Source of the DNA: Squalus acanthias
Taxonomy: Eukaryota
Length of the DNA: 64,000 bases
Assembly (NCBI GenBank): GCA_030390025.1
Contig: CM059432.1
Span: 98,892,001 to 98,956,000 of the forward strand
Direction: 5' to 3'
In this document: piece by piece, positions 13,716 to 22,201 of the stretch
How the letters are laid out: every line of letters begins with the position of its first letter
Numbering within the stretch: position 1 is the stretch's first letter
Position numbers and translations under genes: made by a program
Notes under the pieces: generated by a model
What the model was told of the DNA's origin: nothing
The model's input: only the letters and a program-made list of their open reading frames with translations
The model's database searches: none

Positions 13716-15204
13716 TATTTTTTGGCGGGGGAGTAAAATGGTCATTAGCAGATCAGTCGCCCGTTATAATTTTCCTTTAATTGACTTCAATGGAAAGGAA
13801 AATTGGGCGCGGTGTATAACGGGCGGCAAATCTCCTTCCGATGCAAGTATGTTCCGAGTGATTGTGGTAGTTGAATCTGTCTCATTCATGTGTATCGAGG
13901 TATATCTCTAAGACAAAACAAAAATAAAAACAGCAGAGAAAGGAATAATTTAAAAATTCAAATAAGGATAGGTCTGTGTAAAATGTCTTGCATTTAAACA
14001 TGGTACTTTGTGGCATGCATAATTGGACCACTGACAAGATAAATTATATTGTTGGGTAGTTTTCGCCTTGCCAGCTTCCTTAAGATGTGCCATCTTCTGC
14101 CACATCTGTTCTTAGATGCTATGGACAATGTATACAGTATTAACCCAAGCAACCACTTCGATCCCATTGTGAGCTTTAAATTCTGGTCAGGTGGACTGTG
14201 GTTGGATCCTCTGCCCACCCTGTCCCATGCCAAGGGTATATAGGTGGAGTTCCCAGGTGACACTAGACATTCTTCCCTTTACACCCTTGGAAGGCCTCAG
14301 CAGAACTCACACTACTTGAGACCTGAAGTCAGTCCTTTTGAGGTTTTCTGAAGGCTCCAAACCATCAATAGAATCAGTAATCGATTTTGCCCAATTTGGG
14401 CCTTGTGGGTGGGAGGACTTTGGGTGGAGCAGCAAGTTTTCGTTCCATCTTAGAAAGGCAGATCAGGTTGGGCTGGGGCAAACGCTGCTGAGGCGCCCTT
14501 TGCCGGTGCTGGCAGCCCACACGGGATCTGCAATTGACCCTGTTGCCAGGATTTGGAAAGGAGGCCTTCAGCCTGCGGCAAGGATGAGCAGGGGACAGGT
14601 GCAGTTCTGCTCAACTGTATTTACGCCGGCAGAATGGAGCCCCAGGAATTTCTGTGCCTATGTTGCATCTCATCAGACTCCAAGATAGTCTATTACTGTA
14701 ATTTTTATTGGATATGTTTGCTGTATAATTTATCTCAATCTCAATACACAGGTTCTCAACCTGTCTCAAAATGATGAGCACACCTTCATTTCACTACATG
14801 TGTAATTAAACACACTTTTTCACCTCTGTCCTTGTACAATCTGTCTCAAGACTTTTGTTACCTTAATTAGCTTCTTTGATTTTTATTTGCTTTACTTTTC
14901 TGCTACACAGCGAATAACTGTATCCTGAAGTATTGCTCTAAAAGAGTTCCTAAAGTCACTGCTGAATACAATGATTTTGATTTATTGTGCGATTTTGTTC
15001 TATGTCAGTAATTTTCTATTAAAAAAATCCGTCAGAGCGTATCACCTCTTGCAGATAATGTGAGACATGATTGGAGATATATTATTGACAAAACTTTAAC
15101 TTTGTTCATTGCACATAGAACTTCTGGAGAAACCTGCAGGAAGCTTACACAGGATTTTTTTATGACCAGCGTAATATGTAAAAAAAAATTTTACATTTTT
15201 TATT

Positions 15205-15900
15205 TGTTTTTATGGGATGTGGGCATCGCTGGCAAGGCCAGCATTTATTGCCCATCCCTAATTGCCCTTGAGAAGGTGGTGGTGAGCCGCCTTCTTGAAC
15301 TGCTGCAGTCCGTGTGGTGATGGTACTCCCACAGTGCTGTTAGAGAGGGAGTTCCAGGATTTTGACCCAGCGACGATGAAGGATCAACGATATACTTCTA
15401 AGTCAGGATGATGTGTGACTTGGAGGGGAACTTGGAAGGTGGTGGTGTTCCCATACACCTGCTGCCCTTGTCCTTCTAGGTGGAAGAGGTCGCGGGTTTG
15501 GGAGGTGCTGCCGAAGAAGCCTTGGCAAGTTGCTGCAGTGCATCTTGTAGATGGTACACACTGCAGCCACGGTACGCCGGTGGTGGAGGGAGTGGATGTT
15601 TAAGGTGGTAGAGCGGGAGCCAATCAAGCGGGCTGCTTTGTCCTGGATGGTGTTGAGCTTCTTGAGTGTTGTTGGAGCTGCACTCATCCAGGCAAGTGGG
15701 GAGTATTCCATCACACTCCTTACATGTGCCTTGTAGATGGTAGAAAGGCTTTGGAGAGTCAGAAGGTGAGACACTTGCCGCAGAATACCTAACCTCTGAC
15801 CTGCTCTTGTTGCCACAGTATTTATGTGGCTGGTCCAGTTAAGTTTCTGGTCAATGGTGACCCTCAGGGTGTTGATGGTGGGGAATTTGGTGATGGTAAT
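15205..15900 (-). mobile_element. Non-LTR retrotransposon 3' end (CR1/L2-group RT tail, A-rich end)
   Basis: LSTIYKAHVRSVMEYSPLAW...IQDKAARLI; a second copy lies at 40715-41298. Confidence 0.8.
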
Positions 15901-16309
15901 GTAATAAGATTACATAGTCTCCAAATGTCAGTTCATCATAAATTGCTACAGGATATAAAAGGTTACAAGATTATAACTTTTCTGCTTCATATTCCACAAG
16001 ACTTGTTGAGGGAGCACACAGCAGCAATAGCATGTCAAGAGTAGGTCCAGATATTTAAAAAGGCACTGAGACAAAAGGTAGATAAGATACTAATTTTCCC
16101 AAAAACTGTAAACAATTAGCCTGTCTTAGTAATCGATGAACACGATACATCCATTTTGTTGGGTGCTTGCCCAGGGGAGTCAGCCTTCCTTTTAGGTTGT
16201 GAAAACAGGGAGACAGAGAGAGAAACACACAGGGAGTCAGTCAGGTTCTTAAACAGAAAGCTGCAAAGGCAGACAATTGTTAGGCTCAGAAGTTTAGCAT
16301 GTAAGAGGG

Positions 16310-17371
16310 CAACAACAACAACAATATGTATTTATATAGCGCCTTTAAAATAATAAAACATCCCAAGGTGCTTCACAGGAGCGTTATCAAAAATAAAAAT
16401 TTGACACCAAGCCATATAAGGAGATGTTAGGGCAGATGACCAAAAGCTTGCTCGAAGAGGTAGGTTTTAAGAAGCATCTTAAAGGAGGAAAGAGAAGTGC
16501 AGAGGCAGAGAGATTTAGGGAGGGAATTCCAGAACTTAGGGTGTGGGCAGCTGAAGGCATGACCGCTAATGGTGGAGCAATTAAATCAGGGTTGTTCAAA
16601 AGCCCAGAATAGGCAGAGCGCAGAGGTCTAGGGGGATTATAGGACTGGAGGAGATTACAGAGATAAGGAAGGGAGAGGCCATGGAGGGATGTGAAAACAA
16701 GGTTGAGAATTTTAAAAACAAGGCGTCGCTTAACCGGGAGCCAATGGAGGTTAGAGAACACAGGGGAGCTGGGTGAGTGGGACTTGATGCGAATTAGGAC
16801 ACAGGCTGCAGAGTTTTGGATGTTTATGGAGGGTAGAACTAGGGAGGCCAACCAGGAGTGCATTGGAATAGTCAAGCCTAGAGGTGATAAAGGCATGGAT
16901 GAGGATTTTGGCAGCAGTTAATTGAGGTAAGGGTGGAGACAGGCGATATTACGAAAGTGGAAATGGACAGTCTTAGTGATAGAACGGATATGAGGTAGGA
17001 AGCTCAATTCATGATCAAATATGACACCAAGATTGCGAACAGACTTGGTCAGCCTTAGACAGTCACCAGACAGAGAGATCGAATCAGTGGAAAAGGAATG
17101 GGGTTTATGGCGTGAACCAAAGACAATGGCATCGGTCTTCCCAATATTTAATTGGAGCAAATTTCTACTCATCCAGTGCTGGATGTTGGACAAGCAGTCT
17201 GATAGTATAGAGATGGTGGAGGTTTCTGAGAGATGGAGGAGAGTTAAAGCTGGGTATCATCAGCAAACATGTGAAAACTCCTGTTGTGTTGCCGATTGAT
17301 GTCATCGAGGGGCAGCATGTAGATGGGAAATAGGAGGGGGCCAAGGATAGATCCTTGGGGGACACCAGAGG
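16310..17371 (-). mobile_element. L2 LINE 3' part (split by provirus A)
   Basis: WMSRNLLQLNIGKT, LHWLPV; the GVPQGS motif begins exactly at the LTR junction. Confidence 0.9.
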
Positions 17372-18902
17372 TGTAGAATTCGCAATTATCGCGATTTCAT
17401 TTTATTAAGGAGAAAACACAAGTTTCATTCAAAACAGCTTTTATTTCAGCGGAATGCTGTCAGGTTTAAATTGGACACAAGCAGCCTGTAAAATGGCCGC
17501 CGCACCGCGTGACAGAACATTCGAGACTTTTCGGCAGGCAGACAAGATGGCGTTCCAATAAACATTCTTGCAAGATCGATAACGATTCAGCACAGTGAAG
17601 ACATTACACAGGACATTATGGGTTTACAGTATAAACATCGATACTGGGATCGGTCTCCCAGGTACAAAGGAAAGCCATCAAGGGCCCATCCAAAGGACAT
17701 TAATATGTAAACTCCCAACGGCTCTACGATGAGAGAGCCGTTAGCAGGTAGTTATACAGGACACTTGGAAGCCCCAAACCCCTCCAGGGGGAACACCGAC
17801 CGATTTAACAATGGGAGAAGTATTAGCAGGTACTCAAACATTCAGGAGTAGCCCCGAAACCCATTAAGGACAGAGATCACCCATACAGGACATTTTTGGG
17901 CGCCAAACCGTAAACAAAAGAATGGACATTGTAGTTGGGCGGGAAACGGAAGAACTGTGCACTATAATTGCAGGCCCAAACCGTCCATTCGCTCTCTTGC
18001 TCTTGCTCTTGACTCTTGCCGCTTGCTGCTGTTATCATCGTGGCTGCTCCTGTGTTTTATCCGGTCGATTCGTAACCTCGTGGCTGCTCCTGTGTAAAAG
18101 ACTGTTGCAAGGACCTATGTTGGTAGCTGGCAGCGGAACCAAAGGCCCGAGATGAGATGAGATGAGATGAGAGGAGAAGAGAAGAAGACCTTATCCATCG
18201 CCACGGTCAGTAAATCCCGACCGCGCCTGTAGGTCGATCAGCCAAGTCTTCTTGACAACGGTGCTCCACCATACCTTGTATCCAACCAACAGAGGTCTTC
18301 ACTACAGCGGACGGTCCAGCCGACTGACCGAACAGCAAAAGCAGTAAACAAGTGGGACCAGGAGATCTCCTGACCAACACGTGGGTGCTGCGGTGAAAAA
18401 CATCCGATCAGCTATTCGGGATTTCTCCGAGTTATTACGAGTGGTGAGCATGAGTCTCGGGATCCTACGAAGCTAGTTTTAGGATAGTTATTGATAGGGG
18501 AGGGTTTAAAGATTAAGGATATTTGTAATGTGTGCCCTATTTACGTTGTGCTGGTCGTTCCTCGTTTCCCTAAGAGTGATTATAACTGTTTGTAAGATTG
18601 TACTGTCATTAATCTGTGCATATGACATGTATTTCATAATTTTAAGTATCATGCAATAAAGATTTTCCATTTCGTACCGTTCAAACCAAGTCTACATGAG
18701 TTTTATCTCCATTGCTGCTCTCGCATCTAAGTCCAGTGTCTAGAACCGTAAGGGAGAGTGATTCGAACCACTCACAGGGGTGTCTAGTGTTCCCAGACTG
18801 GCTGGAGACCAGGCCTAGACCCGCACTGACATACAGGCTGCACAGAGCCGCGTGAATCTCACAGGCTACGAGACACGCAGGGTCAGGAGAGTATCCCTTA
18901 CA
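17372..18902 (+). repeat. 5' LTR of provirus A (1531 bp)
   Basis: TGTAGAATTC...CCCTTACA; candidate TATA 17963, splice donor 18444, AATAAA 18655-18660. Confidence 0.97.
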
Positions 18903-18906
18903 GAAA

Positions 18907-20718
18907 ATGGCGACCGCGGCAGGACATTGGCAGCGAGAGGGTGGTGTGTTGGACTTTGGAATGACTGTACGAAATGTTATGCAGGAAAAGATAGCGGATT
19001 ACGTATTTGGAAAGGTTAATCTAACGAAAAAGTGGATAAGCGAACTGTTAGCGGATAAGAGCCCACTAGAGGCAGCTGAAAGGTGGACGGATAGTAAGGA
19101 ACATAAAAAGGCAGTTGAGAAAGCAGTCTGGCTTATGTGCTACAAAAGGCAGGTCCAGATTTCAAACCAGACCAATACAGCGCTAACCGCTCGAATCAAG
19201 CAGTTAGAGGAGGAAATGGAGGAGAAGGTTTCTGGAGGGGAGGTGCTCATTAAGAGTTTAAATGAGTTACGCCAGGAAAGCCAGGAAGTCTCCAGTTACC
19301 TTAAAACAAGGGTAGAGTATCTCGAGTGCCAGATCACTGAAGCAAAATTAAACGAGAATAGGATGAAGGAAAGATGTAACCGTCAAGCTGCCCAGATAAG
19401 AACTCAAGAAGAGAGCTTAATGGGGGTTAGGTCGGCGTATAAGTTGGCCCTTGAGGATAAGTTTCAGGGAGCCGACCATAGCGCCTGCGAAAAAGAGATA
19501 GAGAGCCTCAAAAGGGCCGTGAATAATGCGAACGGCATGGTGTGCCTTATTAATCCGTCGGCACGCCAGCCGCTAGTAAATGAGAGATTTAGAAATTCCC
19601 CACCAAGTAAAGCAGAAGAAGTAGTAGCCACTGCGCCCTCCGCGCCACCCAGCTATTCAGAAACCTGGGTTAGGGAGGAAGCAACGGAAGAAGCGAAAGA
19701 GCCCGTTGAAAAAGAGGTAGAAAAGGGATCGTTGTATCCAGTAACGGGGATTAAAAGGGGCCCAAGCAGAAACGGTGGGGAAGAACCGGGGGATCTCCTC
19801 GGACAGCTGGTGTTGCCTCACAGTTCACACCAGCTGAGGGCCATGATAAACCACGTAAGGAAGCTGACCGAGATAGACGACCCTTCCGTACATTTTAGGG
19901 AAGTTGAGCAAGCCGCAGCCATCAACGGCTGCGATGATGGGGAGACAGCAAAAATGCTGCTGTTCTCTTTAGATAGCTCGGTCCTTCAGTGCCTCTCAGG
20001 CGATAGCAAGAGGGGTAATAAAAGTTATGAGGAATTGAAAAATGAGGTCCTAGAAGTAGTGGGAGCGAACGACGGAGGTCCGTTTGCTAGAGTGGGACAG
20101 ACAGTGCAGATGGAGGGAGAACCCCCGAAGGTTTTTGCCGACAGGCTGTGGCCAGTATATGAGCGCAGCTGTCTAGGTGCGCCCGAGCGCGAAGATGTGG
20201 AAGGCGCCGCTTTAATTCATTGGCTTAGGTGCATAATAGCCAACAGTTTACCAGCCGTTAGAGAGCAGGCAAAAGCCTGGTTCGATCCCAATGACCTCAA
20301 CCTTACGGAAGAGTCGGTCTTGAATCGACTCACGTTAGGTTACCGTAACATAAGGGGTGTGGCAACACGTCCCTTTAAGGGAAGAGTACATGAGGTACGA
20401 CCCGCAGCCCCGGCTCAAAGAGAGTGGCATCAGGAGGGTAATCGCGCCCCACAGGCAAGTAATGCCTGTTACGGGTGTGGGAAGACAGGGCACTGGCGCA
20501 AGCACTGCAGGAACCCTTGGAAGGATTCCAAGGATAAAAATCCCGCGGTCCGAACCCAGGCGCCTGTCCCGGCTAAGGAAGCAAAGGCACCCACCTCTCC
20601 CGAAGACCTCGAAGCAGTGTTAGGAGTCATGCGCAAGATGGTTTTGAATGCGCGTGGACAGGTGGCGGTCGCAACCGGCCCCGTAGGTGCCGCAGGACCG
20701 TCTAATAGTACCCAATGA
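18907..20718 (+). CDS. gag: Gag polyprotein, intact 603 aa (coiled-coil, PSAPPSY late motif, capsid-like region, CCHC knuckle)
   Basis: Uninterrupted ORF directly after the LTR; CYGCGKTGHWRKHC; collinear homology with provirus B gag. Confidence 0.92.
   Translation: MATAAGHWQREGGVLDFGMTVRNVMQEKIADYVFGKVNLTKKWISELLADKSPLEAAERWTDSKEHKKAVEKAVWLMCYKRQVQISNQTNTALTARIKQLEEEMEEKVSGGEVLIKSLNELRQESQEVSSYLKTRVEYLECQITEAKLNENRMKERCNRQAAQIRTQEESLMGVRSAYKLALEDKFQGADHSACEKEIESLKRAVNNANGMVCLINPSARQPLVNERFRNSPPSKAEEVVATAPSAPPSYSETWVREEATEEAKEPVEKEVEKGSLYPVTGIKRGPSRNGGEEPGDLLGQLVLPHSSHQLRAMINHVRKLTEIDDPSVHFREVEQAAAINGCDDGETAKMLLFSLDSSVLQCLSGDSKRGNKSYEELKNEVLEVVGANDGGPFARVGQTVQMEGEPPKVFADRLWPVYERSCLGAPEREDVEGAALIHWLRCIIANSLPAVREQAKAWFDPNDLNLTEESVLNRLTLGYRNIRGVATRPFKGRVHEVRPAAPAQREWHQEGNRAPQASNACYGCGKTGHWRKHCRNPWKDSKDKNPAVRTQAPVPAKEAKAPTSPEDLEAVLGVMRKMVLNARGQVAVATGPVGAAGPSNSTQ
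18908..18925 (+). promoter_or_regulatory. Primer binding site, tRNA-Arg(UCG)-like
   Basis: TGGCGACCGCGGCAGGAC lies 5 nt after the LTR and is complementary to ...GUCCUGCCGCGGUCGCCA, the vertebrate tRNA-Arg(UCG) 3' end as recalled. Confidence 0.85.
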
Positions 20719-21918
20719 CTAGAGCCCACGCAGCCTGCCTACCTGTGTCCTTTTAAAAGACACGCACAGGAGGGGGTCTGCGGTGAGGAGGCCAGGTTAA
20801 AAGAGCAGGCCTTGCGGGAGGAGAACGCCCGCTTAATAAGGAAAATAGATGGGCTGGAAGGGCAGCTTAGAGAGCAGGCCCTGCGGGAGGAGAATGCCCG
20901 AGCAATGGGAAAGTTAGACGTGCTCAGGCTAGAAGGGCAGCTTAGAGAGATAAAAGCAGCCTACAGGGTAGCCAGGAGCAGGGAGTATGAGGATTTAAAA
21001 CAGGATAGAAATCTGCAGCCTCCAGCAGGTGAGATTTCACAGAAACAAGCAGGGGCGGTGGCCTGTCTTAAGGGAGGGGCCAGACCTGCGAGTGGGGAAG
21101 CACAGCCCCAGGTAGGACCACAAGGCACACAGGCAGGCGTAGCAGCTTGCATCAGGGGAAGGGACATCCCGGACGATCATGCAGCGTTTTTCTGGAGTTG
21201 GGGGTTAGATGACGAGGACCCCAGGGTACCCTGGTCAGATGAGGATAGTGCAGATGAGCATAGTGATGATGACGGGTGGTTTCACAGGAACGGTCTGGAA
21301 GGATTGGGGCCGCTAGGTAGAGATCCATACGGGGTGGACACACAAGCTGCAGGTCCCGACAGCAGGAGGAGGGAGCTAGAGGAGGCCGGGCCAGCCGCTA
21401 TGTGGTTCCCAGAGGTGTGGCCGCCCGCTGTAAACGTCCAGTCCTCAGGGGAGGCAGAGTTCGCGAGTGAAGGGCCGCCTGCTGGGCCGAGCAGGGCGGG
21501 GCCCCGAACTGCCAGCCCCGAGGTTAGGGAGGCGGAGTCAGCGGAGGCGGGGCTGGCGCCTGTGATGGAACCCCAGGTCATCCCGTTGAAGGTCTCGGGA
21601 CCCGGTCCGTCCGTCACGGAGCCCCCGCCCATAGCAGTTCCCCGTAGGTCAAGCAGAGCACCCCAGCCCAGGAAGACGTGGTCAGGTCCACAGGATGCCC
21701 CAGGGCGTAAGTTTCAGATTAAGATAACCCGGGTAGAGACAGGCCACATCGAAGCAGTAACAGGCTGCGGCAGATCAGAGGAAAGGGTCAGCGCAGCAAC
21801 AGGCTGCGGCAGATCAGAGGAAAGGGTCAGCGCAGCAACAGGCTGCGGCAGATCAGAAGGAAGGGTCAGTGCCCTCCCACCGTCGGGAAGAGCTCGCAGC
21901 AGCCTTCTCAGGATTTAA
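20719..21918 (+). CDS. Pol-slot ORF in frame with gag (probable TGA readthrough): Gag-like coiled-coil plus low-complexity Pol tail; no PR/RT/IN
   Basis: Open from the codon after the gag TGA (LEPTQPAYLCP, matching LEPAQPVYLCS in B) to TAA 21918; three 39-bp repeats near 21755-21870. Confidence 0.7.
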   Translation, partial: LEPTQPAYLCPFKRHAQEGVCGEEARLKEQALREENARLIRKIDGLEGQLREQALREENARAMGKLDVLRLEGQLREIKAAYRVARSREYEDLKQDRNLQPPAGEISQKQAGAVACLKGGARPASGEAQPQVGPQGTQAGVAACIRGRDIPDDHAAFFWSWGLDDEDPRVPWSDEDSADEHSDDDGWFHRNGLEGLGPLGRDPYGVDTQAAGPDSRRRELEEAGPAAMWFPEVWPPAVNVQSSGEAEFASEGPPAGPSRAGPRTASPEVREAESAEAGLAPVMEPQVIPLKVSGPGPSVTEPPPIAVPRRSSRAPQPRKTWSGPQDAPGRKFQIKITRVETGHIEAVTGCGRSEERVSAATGCGRSEERVSAATGCGRSEGRVSALPPSGRARSSLLRI

Positions 21919-22201
21919 AGGGGCCGCCCTGAGAACGGGCGGCATTGTAAAGTTATTAGTTTAAGGTTTTAAGTTTTAGTTTAAAGTTTTAAGTAGTTTT
22001 AATAAGTTTAAGTTTGTAGTGTTTTTAACAGATAACGACAAATGATGGGAGTTTTAAGGCTAGGTTTAGAGGAAGTCTGTTCAGCAAAAGTTGAAGTTTA
22101 CGTGAGGCGAGGTCAGGGGACCCGCTCACCCTTCACAACAGCCAGAGACTTTTTGCGAGGCTGGCTACCTCATTCTATCTGATCACAGGAACCAAGGAAG
22201 G

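Noticed and set aside
13725..13830. Short imperfect palindrome around TTGACTTCAATGG
   Set aside because: Probably a decayed MITE core, but ends and TSD could not be defined.
17922..18155. 77-aa ORF with a hydrophobic stretch in both LTRs of A
   Set aside because: It spans the putative TATA/TSS, the Leu run comes from a CTCTTG microrepeat, and there is no counterpart in B's LTR.
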